Positions 39,514 to 53,344 are shown, counted from the stretch's first letter. The stretch: 64,000 bases of DNA from Botryllus schlosseri (GCA_051294905.1 CM119371.1:35776001-35840000); one strand, 5' to 3'. Numbers and translations: made by a program. The notes: generated by a model not told the origin, from the letters alone.

Positions 39514-39547
39514 ACCCCTGACGAGTGTCAGCCAAAAATATTCGGGT
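39514..39547 (+). ncRNA. Minimal hammerhead ribozyme motif with mutated core (GAAA to AAAA)
   Basis: Reads ACCC-CTGACGA-GTGTCAGCC-AAAA-ATAT-TC-GGGT. Confidence 0.45.
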
Positions 39548-41208
39548 TTATTTCAATATGAATATACTATTCAATTGTATATTGAAGGACTGTACCTCCA
39601 AGAAGCTCTTCAAATATTCTTGAACTAGAAATACCTTTTTTCAGTAAGTTTGAAGTTTTCATCATCGGCATAAATAACACCCATACCGTATTACACAGAT
39701 GCTAGATATTGACTGATGATAGGTCTCGAACTGACCATAGAAAACATGTTTCATCAGTCTTCTCACTTGTGCTTCGACAACTGCAAACTTGAACGTGATC
39801 AAATGCCCAAAGCGTGTATTTGTTTCGCCCACTCTCAGTGGCTTATAGAAAGCTGCAAGGTAGCATGCTGTAGGCTACGCCCATAATGTTATTTGTATTT
39901 TAATTGGACAATAGTATCTGTGTAATACATATAGCCACACTTGTAATACAAATTCTGGAGCTAGAAGTAACTGACGGGATTGTTATGTTGTATTCATGGA
40001 TTCTCGATGGCAATATCGACAATGGCAATTTAATATATCTGCAATGTTACCAGCAGAAATGCCTGCAGGCAAAGACAATTTCACGGAAAGCAATCGTTAT
40101 CGGCTATGATCAACAAAATCAGTCTGTCAGCCAATCAATAGCTTTTTATTAAGGTTTCAACTAATCCGGATCTTTTTCTCGTGATTGCCCGCCTACACTC
40201 CGTCTATTTCCCGCCCACCCGCCTGCGTCTACTTTCAAGCGCTTTGCGCGATATGTTAACGAATTTCCAGTGGTATTCCTTCATACGAATTTCAGTTTTT
40301 ATCGATAATCTACAAAATGAGCCTTTAAAACGCAGAATTTGTGAAATTCCCTAAATTCCAAGGACAATCCTAATTTAGAATTTCTACATGTTTCAAGCCA
40401 AGATGGTTGTTAGACTTGTACAATATTCCAAATCGCTTCAACGGCTCCCTATCTTTTCATAGTATCGCGATCTTGTGTAGTTTTGAAATGATTGAATTGA
40501 TGATAAACTGATATTAACTTAAATGAACTGCACCGTCTTGCCGCTGGGATTATAGAATGAAATGAAATGCTTTCTATTAAATAGACTTCCTAAGCTTAAG
40601 ACTACATCTAGCGGATATCATGCTAACAGTGAATACAGACCGGATATGATGAAGATCCGGTTCAGACGCTGGAGCAGGATATTTTCATGCTGAAGCCCGC
40701 GATGCTGTATACACAAAAATTACACGTAATAGTGGTGTATTCTGGAAGCGCAATCAAATGATTTAGAAGCCATTGATATGCACTCTTCATTTCTCAATCA
40801 TTCATTCCCACCGACAGGTGGGGGCCAACTGTCAATGTCCTACTGAAGTCATCACAATTCATTCAAAACAAAGTTTCAATGAATGCGGTGCAAATAACAC
40901 TCTGTTGCGAGCTTGCTATGTATTCTTGATCCAAGATCTTGACCTAGATCTTAGCAAAAGGAATGTGTGAATTTATTCAGTTGCAAGTCCCCCTCTTTAC
41001 AAAACTACTGTAGTGATGTACAACGCATAGCACATGATCTGCCACCAACGGTCCAACTCCGAAGGCGGGATTCCTCCGTTCAAACTAACAATGGTTAAAA
41101 TTACATAACGAACGGAATTCTGCTCACTTATGAATCTCTGACTACCATTCCTGCAACGTTCACAATACACATACACACGTTCAAGTTTAGTTGAGCAGGT
41201 ACGCAATT

Positions 41209-42831
41209 CAGAGTTGGATCAATTGTAATTTGTAATTGAGCTGAATGTAATTAAATACATTTTTTCATGTAATTGTAATTGTAATTGTAATTGAAGCATT
41301 TCTATTTTGTGTAATTGTAATTGTATTTGTAATTTGATCAAAATTTTGCTTAATTACAATCTCAATTACATTTTCATGGAAACCTGACAATCACAAGATA
41401 AAATAATCATTTAATCAATCATTTATTCGTCGCACCAGTGAAAATCCGGTACGAACCAGGATGACGACGAGGGGCCTTAAGGCCTTAGTAAACAGTCACC
41501 ACATGTAATAACTAGCCTATTTACATCGGTGTTCTATGCGTGCCGCGTTATAACTGGATAATTCAGTCACGCTAAACTGTTTCCCATACTTCAGTAGCAA
41601 CAGAAAACTTTGTGAATTACAATATAGGCTAAATCAGTGGTTCTCAAACTGGGGGCGTGAAAGCATCTGAACGGGGGCGACGCTCCAGTGAACTGAAATC
41701 TTTTCCGCGATTGGCCCAATTCACCTCCGTTTTATGGTTATTGCTCGGTGTATAGTCTGAATTTCGTATTGGAGAATTCTCTCATCAACAGTCATAACCT
41801 TCCATACCATCTAACTATATTTAAGGATTGCTAACTTTCTGGTTTCATTGTGTGCTATGACGATAAGGGGGGCACGAAATATTCACTGTCATAAAAGTTA
41901 GAGAACCAGTGGGCTAAAATAAATCTTATTATTTCAAAAATGGATGAACAGCAAATAAACGCTTCTGAAACCTGTGCTGAACCATTTCTCTTACACCACG
42001 GTCAAAGTTTTATTTTTAATGTCTGGCCAGTACCGAGGCTTGTTGCAACAATAGCAAAAAAATATTCAAGTTTCCAACCAAGGATTCATCAAACTTGATC
42101 ACGCATTTGTAAAGATGTTATCCCAATCTTACCTACAATCTTGGCTAAATTTACTGGGGCCAGAAACTTTTCGCACCCTAATGTTCATCAAATGCTATCT
42201 AACAGTTTCCGAGCAAGTGAAAATGTAAATGCGAACCAAAATATTGTAATTCTTAGTTATTAGGACGTTATTTCCTTTTGCATTTATTATAATTTTTTAC
42301 GCACCTTATCGGTATCATCCTTATGGCTGACGCCTTTCCAATTACATTTCATTATCCTGGCTCAGCTCTGAGTAGGCTAATCGTTTGATCACATTTCATC
42401 GACTGTCCTGTAGCCTATTCGCTGTTAGTCGCTCAAACCTTTGGTTCTTAACAGTCGCTTGAAACATTTTTCTGTGCTTGTAGTTTTCAGTACCCATGAT
42501 TAGGAATAGTTCGAATACGTTCGTTTTTTTTCTAATTTAAGGGTATTCTACATATCAGGAATGAAACATGAATAGCTTGAGATTGTTGCTAATTACGTCG
42601 CTACGGTTGTAAAAGAACACCTCCTTACTGAATCAATTACCTGTTTAAAAGTAATTGTAATTGTAATTATATTTGTAATAAATTACATGCTCAACAGTAA
42701 TTGTAATTGTAATTGTAATTTGATATTTCTAGCATTGAGTAATTTTAATTGTAATGTAACTGAAACATGCAAGGAAGTAATTGTAATTGTAATTGTAATT
42801 AAATTAAAATATTGTAATTGATCCAACTCTG
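41209..42831. mobile_element. TIR element with (GTAATT)n subterminal arrays; nested MITE at 41635-41911
   Basis: TIR CAGAGTTGGATCAATT ... AATTGATCCAACTCTG, with GTACGCA on both flanks. The nested element CAGTGGTTCTC...GAGAACCAGTG has TSD GGCTAAAT/GGCTAAAA. Confidence 0.8.
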
Positions 42832-44157
42832 GTACGCATCCTACTGATGTTCTGTTCTGTCTATTTTCCATGTATATTTGCGCTGTAGGCATACTTATTG
42901 CTTACATGTCAATTAAGTTCTCTTGTTCCTGTTAACACGAAGACCGTCATGACCATATCTGCATAAGTGAATGTGCATGTTGTCTCCCTGATTGGGTGAC
43001 GAAACATCAGGAGATAACAGAGGCAGGCAACTTTTCCAGTTCGCGGGCCGGATTTGGGTGAATGAATTAGGCTACTTGGCGGGACCGATTCCTGACACTA
43101 TGCATCATTCGCGTTTTTGTCCGCCTATACAAGGAATAAATCGTATTTAACATAAACTTAAAGCTTAAAGTATAGAGACAAAAGTCAGTATTTAATGAAT
43201 TTATGAACGTCGATCGAAATTGTCAACAAGTTTTTTGAACTCAGGCTGCATATCAGACGCAGAAACTAGAGCGGGATCTGGACTGGTGTCGGACTAGATG
43301 TCCAGACGTTTTTTTTCTTCATTTTTGGCCGGGGAAAGATCAAAGACGGATTCACATTTTTCTGATATGGCCGGCGTCGGATCGGAGCCGTATCGTACTT
43401 TTATAATATGATCAGAATCGCTATTAAGGCTATTGATCAGTGTGGGTGTTGTAACTACCGATTACAAGACATTAGCCTTCAATGAAACCTGTGTTCAATT
43501 CAAAACAGAGTTTTTATCATCACATTTTGTTGTTGTTGCAATATTCAATATGTAACCGGCCCCCTACCGTATAATCTACTATTTCTGTAGTTTACTAGAC
43601 TTGTAGATGATTACTGCATCATCATCACTGCATAAAACCTCGAAATGATAAGTGGGACGAAAAAGGTTGGGAACCACGGCTGTAGTGCCACATTCCCTTA
43701 AATTTTACAAGTCTTCCGTAAACCATAAGGAAATAAAAAACACGAAAACAATGCGCATATTGTTAATACGCAATAAAATGCATCAATTTATAATAAGGTT
43801 GAACCTCTGTAGCAAAATGGCAAAACGAGTATGCACTGTGCAATAAATAAAAAGCTGCATGCGGCTGTCGAGTCGGAGTTTGCCCACTCCTGATATATCG
43901 TATTCTATAACAACATGTAACCGCCTTGGTTAGAGGCATAATGCGTACGGCATTCAAGACCAGTGGTGGCCTTACGATTAGGGGGGCCCTAGGCGAAACT
44001 TCCGGGGGGCCCCCTTATCTACATCATCGCAACTTCTGGGGGGCAGCGCCCCCCAGACCCCCCTTACTATTGTTGAACGAAGCTTTTATTGTTGTACACC
44101 TCGTATGCGCTGTTCCGGTACTACATTGTCTGTACATCATGATAAAACTGTAACCAT

Positions 44158-46745
44158 TAGGGTTGTTCAAAATTTGGAAAATGTTTGGAATTCTGCGTGT
44201 CCATCGCTTATTCTTTAGATTATTGTTAAAAATCAATAATGGGCTTGAAAGAAGCTCCCAGGAAAGCCGCTAACATTTGTCTAAATGCGTTTGAAAGTCG
44301 TTGTTGAAGAGTGGGCGGGCAACCGACAGCAGAGGCGGGCAATCACGAAACCACGGTTCTTGATTGGGTAATCGGCTAAGCTTCACTGATTACTGCAACA
44401 GCTGACTCGGATTCGGGAGCTTCGCTTTACTAAATAGAAAGTCTGTTTTGCTGAGGTAGAGTCTGTTAGTAGCGGTTGTGGTTCTGTACAAGCGCGTTGT
44501 GTGTTGATGAGTCATTAGTAGTACTGTAACACGTGTTCTTTGAATGCTTCACAGTCGATATCAGTAGTTTATGCTTTGGAGCAACAATAGTGCAGTCATG
44601 GCAGAGGCAAAACGGCGAAAGATTGCACACATGCCGCAGCGAAGAACAAGATCCAAATCTGAGCAGTACTTGGTCGGATATACTTGCGATCACATCTATG
44701 GCTCGAGATTACCTACTATACGAGAAGTAATGAGTTACTTGCTGCATCTGAAAGAGCATTGTCCTCAGTCAACCCCTACTCATGAACTATGTACTGTGGT
44801 GGTGGATGATGTAATGACAGTGTGGAAAATGGCGAGAATTGCAACAATGCAGAAATCACATGTGGTGCGATCACTTCAAAACCTGCACGAAAGATGGCGT
44901 GATCTGAAGAAGAATCCGAAACAGGAAAGTGATCCCAAGGGTAAGAGGAGAAAATTCACTGATGATTTGGACAAGCTGTGGGATATTGGAAGTAGAGATG
45001 CCATAACAACAATAAAAAATGACATTTATCTATCACATGAAAGAAAGCTTGAAGACATTGCATTTTATGAAGATCAACGGCAATCTCGCCAGTCAATAAT
45101 GTTGGGAAGAGACAAAATTCTGGCTAAAGACCTCAAAAAGAAAACAGCAGCCATTGCAGATCAAACTGTTGAAAACGTTTCACACGACTCAAGTTGTGAC
45201 TATGTTGTTTTAGCATCATCGTCATCTTCAAAAGAAGGTGACAGTTTGATTTCAAGTTCTGACTATGATGCTGATGTTGGAGTTGGCACCTCGACCCAAT
45301 CCATTAAACTGATGGCACCTAAAATATTATGAAAAATACGCATGTTTCCCAAGCTCTGGATCGATTGCAAGTAACTGACACCGATGCAACGATGCTGATG
45401 GGAGCATTTATTAAGGCTTGTGGAGGAGATATAGCCATGTTCTCCCTGTCAAGATCTTCAACGAAGAGAGCCAGGGAAACAAATCGCCTGGAAATATCTC
45501 AGGACATGTTGAGTTACAAGGAACATGATGAACAAGTTTCCAAAGCTGCTTCACAAAAGCTTTTAAAGCATGACTGGTATATCGTGGAGGAAACCGCTGT
45601 ATATGCCTTGTTTTCGCCGAGTGAAAGCAATGAAACCCGAGAAAATATGGCAAAGACGCTCCTACAGGTAGACCGAACTTCAAGTTTCAGGAGAGGCCCG
45701 CCCTCGTTGAATGCAACTGTACGCATCAACAAGGACACTACTTTGTCTGATTTTATTGGGCCACAGTCGTGGCACATATTTGATGTTTTTGAATGCTCTG
45801 GGGCGTGGCTAGCTCAACTGGTTGATGTTTGGCACTTATATGATTCCTACACCAGAATGAGCTCCTACATCAGTTCTGTCAAAGTCGTTAATGATGCCGC
45901 AGAACGAGGTGTAAAGCTAAGCACAGACTATGCTGCAATCTTGACTGACAATGAACAACAAAGAGACAGTCTGCTTCAAGCTGTGGAACAGCATAGGAAG
46001 ACAGTTGGAGACAGCAGGAAGTCAACTCTAATCAAAAGCCTGTAATCTGCAACTTGTGCCTGACAATGCAACACTGATCTGCAACGTACTTTTTTAATGT
46101 CTTTTGTAAATAGTGCTTTTCGCCTTCATTCAATTGTGAATAAAAAGTGTAATATGCGTTTGTTTATGGGTGAGACGTCGACCAGTCATAACAAGTACTA
46201 CTGAGATGTTGACTCCTGGTGGTAAATTTTTGAGTTTCACTCACTGTCAGTAACGTTTGGAAAGGTAGCAATATGCATGCATCTAGTTTATTCGTATCTC
46301 AACTAGCGAGAGCACCTGTGCATACATAGCACTTTCTGCAGGTAGATATTAACTTAGGCGGTTGCGATGTTGTACTATGGACTCTTGGTGACAACATTAG
46401 GCTAACAAAGGCAATATATCATGTCTGTAATGCCATCAACAGAAACGACTGCACAACAGCACGCAAAAATCGTTACCAGCAGTGTTCACAAAGTCGGTCT
46501 TTCAGCCAATCATTAGCTTATTATTACCGGCTTCAACCAATCAGGATTAATGGCTTCTCTTTGCCCGCCCACTTCATCGATTCCCCGCCCACTCGCCGAC
46601 GGCTACTTTCAAAAGCATTTAGACAAATGTTAGCGGCTTTCCTGCGAGCTTCTTTCAAGCCCATTATTGTTTTTTAACAATAATCTACAGAATAAGCGAT
46701 GGACACGCAGAATTCCAAACATTTTCCAAATTTTGAACAACCCTA
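44158..46745 (+). mobile_element. hATm-type DNA transposon, internally deleted, ~140-bp TIRs
   Basis: TIR TAGGGTTGTTCAAAATTTGG...; perfect 8-bp TSD GTAACCAT; contains transposase remnants. Confidence 0.9.
44598..46045 (+). pseudogene. hATm-type transposase remnant (frameshift near 45330; catalytic core apparently deleted near 45507)
   Basis: N-terminal GSRLPTIREV...WKMARI...LWDI...FYEDQR is joined to C-terminal KHDWYIVEE and VVNDAAERGVKL motifs. Total length is too short for a full transposase. Confidence 0.75.
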
Positions 46746-47239
46746 GTAACCATATTAAATAATTATAATGCCATGCCAAAGTACTACTTGTCATATTTGA
46801 AAACAAGTGGCTCAAGTGAACTATAGTGCGTGTCGAGACCCACCTATTTATAAGAATTATGGGATGTAGCATGACATGATAGTATACCAAGGCAACTGCA
46901 TGCCAAATAGACCATATAAAAATAAATCCAGAAAGCTGTCGGCTGACATTAGTAATAAGCCAGCACACCACGTCAAGGTTTCAGCCAGGTGCTGGATTGG
47001 GCCTATCTTTTTTCTACCAAGAAGATTTTGTTGTATGATTAGGCATAGAGCAAAATGTGCGGCAACGTGGTACAACACCAGTAATACCACAGGAACACAT
47101 CAGCACTGGTATAACCTGTGAAGAGCTAGTTCCACGATGAGTAAGAATGTAGCTTTCAATACAACATCCACTGTAATATAATATTTCTTGCACTCGAATT
47201 TTCGGGTGCCACTTTTCAAGAGTTAACGGCACACCAAAG

Positions 47240-47857
47240 TAGAGATGTGAAAAAAATAGCAGACCGTTAAAAAGTAACAGTTAAGCTTTTCAAGTAGCAG
47301 TAGCAGTTACCTGCTAACCCAAATCACAGTTAACAAAATAGCACTGAAGCACATGGCCGTAACATTCAATATAGCCTACATTTATCGTGGTAGTTCTCTG
47401 ATGTGTTTCATTATTCGACAAGCGAGTGCCATTACACTACAGTCTCAACCGGACCACCACTTCACACTTCTGACAATAGCAGTGCTTATCTTCAACCACC
47501 ACGACAACCTCGGTAGCAAAATTACATCCATATTTGTCATGAAGGGCACAAGATGGGCGGTTCTGTAAATATACTCCATGAATGGATTTTCTCCTAGCTT
47601 TATTGTAAGACGAGGCTAAACGACTCCGTATGATTATAACTTCAATCATAATTAATTGTTAGTTTAAGGTTTGATTTCGGCGAGCTTAGAACTAAACTAA
47701 TACATTTGAACTTTTTCGACTAAATTAGCGGTCAATTGTGACGTAGGCTTTACCTCCAATATAATTGCTAAAAAGTAACAGTTAAAAATCACAGTTAAGA
47801 TTTCAAAAGTAGCAGCTCGTAACTGCTACTGCAAAATATCGGTTAAGCCCATCTCTA
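47240..47857. mobile_element. 618-bp hAT-type MITE nested in the 6.7-kb element
   Basis: Termini TAGAGATG ... CATCTCTA; perfect 8-bp TSD CACCAAAG. Confidence 0.85.
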
Positions 47858-49504
47858 CACCAAAGGGATTTAAACAGATTAAAAAGCAAAACCAAAAAGG
47901 CAAAGTATGATGCAACAATTAAAATCACAAACCATGACATTCACATTGTAACAATGGCAACAACAACAAACTTTGAAGTATACGGACATACGGTACTGTA
48001 GTAGCAGCGCAATTTGTAAATAATATGTTACACACACGAAACAACACTCACTAATCAGAAATTTGTAAGATATGGAGAAAATCTTTTTGTCTGTAAGAAC
48101 TTGCCTGGTTGGATTAAACCTAAAAAGCCACAAATAGTATAGGCAAAAGACCACTACAATCAAATACCATATACGTATTTGAAAGCACTGTTACATCATT
48201 CAAGTCATAAGCCATTATAGTTGTTGGGAAAACAGCATCATCCTCAATTTGTGCAGAACATTCCTGAGCTGACATTGATTGTTAAAATATTTGTGTAGCA
48301 GTTCAAAATTTGCACTGTCATTTCTATCTGAATCTGAACCACTTCCTTTTCTGAGATTATGACTTACATTTAGCATGTACTCGCGGCATTTTAGCAGATA
48401 CTTGACTAGAGTACGGTAATTAGGAGATACTGATGCAACAAATTACAACATAACTTTTAAATGAGTGACAAAACTCATCGTAGCTAATGAAGTGTATGGT
48501 TGTCAACTGACGAGTGCGCCTTACTTAATATGCTGTTTACCGGGTCATATTTATATTGAAATGGTAGCCCATTTGAAGAATGAAATGGTCAAAATTGTCT
48601 TATGCAACACCTGATCTTAGGGCAAATCTTGGTTGCAGTCAAATCCGTGGAAAGTTGCATTTATTTTTCACTAGAGTTACACTAAAAAGGTATATTTATG
48701 GATAAGTTCCTTGAAATTATTAAGGTATGAGATACTCGAATCGATGCGTATCCAAGGCACTGTCGCAAAACTCAGTGTTAGCGCCTTTGACAAAATCAAT
48801 TGCCTGAAAAAATTGACCCAAGTGGTAATATAATTTACGGCGGTCTAGCCTGAATGTATGTCAAATCTGAAATGACCTCAAATTCAAACCACAGTGAAAT
48901 AATCAAGCGATCTATTTATATATAGTAGCCTACCAAATATTTCCAGTAAAAAGTGAGTTGCATGAAAAATCGAAAAGCTCTAAAAATTGCTTGAAAAAAT
49001 GAAGAAAAGTTGCAATTCAAGATTCCTGCAAACAGCTTAAAACACCATACTACATAACCTTTGAGTATTTAGGAAGCTGCCAGACAAGAAATGAACAAAT
49101 TATGACAACCCTGAGAATGGATTTCCATTCAGAAAAGGCTTAATTCACAACAAATATGTTGAGTCATGAGAATGGCTCAGTAAACAACAATATATAGGCT
49201 ATAATAGCCTACATGCTTTCATTGGCTTTGCAAATGACTATTTCCTTTGATATTTTGGATATTCAGGCTCAGTGTGGACTTGCTTCATTAGAAATTAACA
49301 TACCATATGAAAGCTGACATCAAGAGCTAGCAAGTAGAATCTCACACAAACATATACTGGAAAATTTTGATACACTGAATTATACACTGCTGCCACTAGG
49401 AAGTATATATTCAATAATAATTCATTACATGTTATAATATGACCTCATTGACATAAAATAGAAGTAAGCTCTTTTAACAAGCACAGAAATTCAATTATCG
49501 AACA

Positions 49505-50600
49505 CCGTTTATAGTACCATATTCTACATCGGTAGGCCTGCATGTATTTTCACGGTTATCCGCAAAATGATTACGAAAATTCACATAAATGTGGGAGGGG
49601 GGGCCTCATGAATTCAAAGTAAGCTCTTTTAGCGGGTGCAGAAATTTAATGATGGACTGTTTACGGTACCATATTCGACATCGGTAAATATATTTTCACG
49701 GTTATTCGCAAAATGATAACGAAAATTCGCATAAATGTAGGGGGGGGGGGCTCATAAAATCAAAGCAAGCTATTTATCTGATGCAGAAATGTAATGATCG
49801 ACTGCTGTTTACAGTACCAGATGCTACATGGGTACATATATTTTCACGGTTATTCGTAAAATGATAACCAAAAATCGCATAAATGAAGAAGGCCTTCCTC
49901 ATAAAATCAAAGTAATCCATTTTAGCGGGTGCAGAAATTTAATAATTGACTACTGTTTACGGTATTATATTCTACAGGGGTACATATATTTTCAGTTATT
50001 TGCAAAATGATAACATTCGCGTAAATGTAGGAGGGGGCCCTTTAGCTACTGTCAAAATGGATAGAGATCATAAAATCAGAGTGAGCTGTTGCAACTAGTG
50101 CAGAAATTTAATGATCGACTACTGCTTACGGTACTATATTTTACATATGTAGGCAGTAGGCCTACATGTATTTTCACGGCTCTTCGCAAAATGATAACTA
50201 AAATTTGCATAAATGTAGGAGGGGGGCCCCCCCATAAAATCAAAGTAAGCTCTTTTAGCGGGTTGACTACTGTTTACGGTATTATATTCTACATGGGTAC
50301 ATTTTTTTTCGCAGTTATCTGCAAAATGATAACATTCGCGTAAATGTAGGAGGAGGGCTCTTTAACTAATGGCAAAATGGATAGAGATTATAAAATCGAA
50401 GTGAGCTCTTGCACCAAGTGCAGGAATTTAATGATCGACAATTGCTTACGGTACCATATTCTACATTGGTGCATGGATTTTTGTGGTTATTCGTAAAATG
50501 ATAACTAAAAAATGTGGATTGATGTTTGACCCCTCTTTACGGTACAATACGAAGATTCTTTATGGTTATTCGGGAAATGGTAATACTTGGAAAAAAGCGC
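49505..50600. repeat. Degenerate ~150-bp tandem repeats in the right subterminal region of the 6.7-kb element
   Basis: Recurrent TACGGTACCATATTCTACAT...CGGTTATTCGCAAAATGATAAC...CATAAATGTAGG...CATAAAATCAAAG, about 7-8 units. Confidence 0.8.
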
Positions 50601-51161
50601 GTAAACTGAGGAGGGGGGGCCTCTCGAAAGCGCGTAAATCAACCAGGGGGGGGCCTAGGCGACCGCCTACCTCGCCTACCCCAAAAGCCACCACTGTTCA
50701 AGACCAACAATACATAAGGGGTTCTGCATCCATAGAAATAATTGAAAACCTTCACTACTACCTTTGACCAGCTCTCGCCGCGTTAGAACAAAAATTCAGA
50801 AAGATAGCAAGAATTAATAGGAAACGTCGATTCTTCAACTAGCTATGACTAAGAGAACAATAGATCCATTTCGCTCATTGTTTTTGCTTTTTGATACTGC
50901 TGCTTTACGGGATTTGGATATAGTTATAGGCTACCATTTTAGATTTGTATCACTTTTAATTGCTTCATGACAGTAAAAACTGACCCATGCGAGTCCTAAA
51001 CTTTCTTTACTGTACTATTGGTAAAATATAGTTTGGACGGCCTGATTCTATCAACTCCGGATATTGACCGACCTTCTCGAGTTTTCCCAATAACATTTAA
51101 CCCTATCTCCGCGGTCGGCCTCGAGTCCAAATTTTACCGCTCTCACGAAAAAGATCATAAA

Positions 51162-51244
51162 ATCCGAACAGTGGGACTTGAACCAATACCCAAAATATCG
51201 TAGTATGCAGGAAACAGCTGCCTAACCAACTGAGCTACTCGGAT
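51162..51244 (-). other. tRNA-derived sequence (probable SINE head or tRNA pseudogene)
   Basis: Minus strand has A-box TAGCTCAGTTGG, B-box GGTTCAAGTCC and closing stem ATCCGA/TCGGAT. No credible anticodon arm. Confidence 0.5.
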
Positions 51245-52541
51245 TGATCAGCTGGGAGAGCTGAAAGCGCTATGAGAAGAAGTGTTTCAGGTTTTGAAAA
51301 ATTAGAAGAGAATTTTGTTACTGAATTTGCCACTACGTCATACATAGACGCTCTCGGGGTGAAATCATCGCCTGACTGATTTTACAGCAATATCACCTTT
51401 CTAAAATGTCCTGAGTGAGCTTCATACCGTAACACAGTCGAGTGTGAAGGCCGTTTATGTAACACGTGCTCAACGTCGCGCATCTTGCAAACGAGGCTCA
51501 CACACGCGGCGCGCGTTGTTTTGATAGTCTGGCCGTCACAATATCATTGTATATAATCGGTAATTGACTATCAATCAGTTGTACGATTTATTGCTATGCG
51601 TTGAAATAAACCTTGCTCTTTGAACAACAACAGATAAATCCATGGTGGTTGAATTGACAGGTAGTGATAACCTGCAACTCCTCCATGCTTCCTCAGGCAC
51701 AGCTATGCCGTCAATATGGTTTATTGTGTATCGCATGCGCATCGCGGCATATATATTCAAGTAAAACGATATATTTACGTTTGGCACAATACAATATATT
51801 TCAATCATAAGTGGAATACTGACAAACTACACTGCTCAAGGATAACATATATAAAACGGATGATTCAACTGTCTGTATGATGTTGGTATTACAGGCGCGA
51901 ATACCGTACACTCGCGCCAACTTCCACACCCATGTCTGCAGTGGTTAGCACTGGCTTCGCGTAACTTATATACGATCAACCTTCGTGATACTGATCTTGT
52001 TGAAGTGTTATGGACTGCATCTAACTATGTGTGTGACATTCAACTGTGTAAGACAATCGTAAGTGAATGTATATGGCCTTATGTGCCAATGCTCATACGT
52101 GCGCGGCATTTTTCACGTAACAGAACATTGCTATATTTCTCACCAATTTGAAGCGTGTTCTATCCAACTAATTGCCGATATTATGGTTGAAATGAACTCT
52201 TGCGATCAACAGCTACTCTAAAACGACAACTGTGTCTGCTTACGACGTGTAGAACGGAAGATGTAAGGAATTATAAGATTAGCGTTCATTCAGGCGAACT
52301 GAGCTACACATTGTATTTTGCGGGAAACGTTTTTCTGTATTCAATCTGCATTTTGAACAGGTTATGCCATAAGGCAATGGTTTATATATAGCTGGTCGTA
52401 TGCGTATCGACAATCGCTATTTCTAGACGATCATTGTAACCGTTTACGACCCCTACAACGCCAGATGTCGTTAATTGATTGAAGCGTGTTTGTGAAAAAC
52501 TATGCGGCGAAAGGGTTAACGTCATCAAAGCCTGCTATATC

Positions 52542-53344
52542 CAGAGCTGTGGAGTCGGAGTTTGGCTGATTTTCGCTAAAGGGAGTCGGAGTCGGATTCT
52601 CTTTTTAGAACGCCTTGGAATCGGAGTCGGAGTCGTGAAATCTATAGTGGCAGGAGTCGGAGTCAGAGTCGTGGAAAAAATACTGACTGGAGTCGGAGTC
52701 GGAGTTTGTGTTATTGGTAGTGAGATTGTGTACTTGTAATCAGTATAGTGTGCAATGAGAAAATTAGTAAGTTACATTTCTTTATGAGTTGCTGACTCGT
52801 ATACAAGAGCTACACTTCGATTGTTTTATCTACATTTTAATTATACAGGATTGGATATATGTCATGTTTGAAGGATTCATATATATTAGGATATTAGAGA
52901 GTCCGTGCTATAAAAACTTATAAAATATGAAATAAGGAACGATGTTTAGAAAGGTATTCGTTCATCTTTATTGCATAGGGAATAATTCGAGCTGTGCCAC
53001 AATGAAACAATTTCGCATGAAATCGTTAATCATATGTTTGCATTTGTTTATTGTTTATATAAGATAGTCATTTAAATGTCACTGTGGCACATAATTTTCG
53101 AATGAAATTGGTAATACTGTTGAAGTCGGAGCCGGAGTCGGAGTCAGTACGTTTAAAGACTCAGGATTCGGAGTCGGTATTTTGAAAATGTGTAGAGTCG
53201 GAGTCAGTACGTTTAAAGACTCAGGATTCGGAGTCAGTATTTTGAAAATGTGTAGAGTCGGAGTCGGAGTTGTTATTATCAAAATGTCTGGAGTCGGAGT
53301 CGGAGTTGCAGTCGGTGGTAGAATTTGCCGACTCCACAGCCCTG
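52542..53344 (-). mobile_element. (GGAGTC)n-array MITE, inverted shorter copy of 8746-10675
   Basis: TIR CAGAGCTGTGGAGTCGG ... CCGACTCCACAGCCCTG. The interior is the reverse complement of ~8750-9290. Flanks GCTATATC/ACCATATC. Confidence 0.85.

Larger units (their letters stand above)
39028..39615 (+). mobile_element. Truncated Penelope-like retroelement with inverted pseudo-LTRs
   Basis: ORF tail FRVVGKGRLHFRMCALESTFIKIHQSKLCQQKEFVYHLKI resembles the end of Penelope GIY-YIG domains. 39028-39161 is an inverted copy of ~39445-39574. A 12-bp direct repeat ATTCTTGAACTA flanks it (39016-39027 and 39616-39627). Confidence 0.7.
43961..50696. mobile_element. 6.7-kb composite non-autonomous hAT-type element carrying nested insertions
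   Basis: TIR CAGTGGTGGC ... GCCACCACTG with perfect 8-bp TSD TTCAAGAC (43953-43960 and 50697-50704). Confidence 0.85.

Noticed and set aside
42983..43014. TCTCC-CTGATTG...GAAAC-ATC-AGGAGA hammerhead-like string
   Set aside because: The core CUGAnGA is not matched and there is no Penelope context; it may be a simple hairpin.
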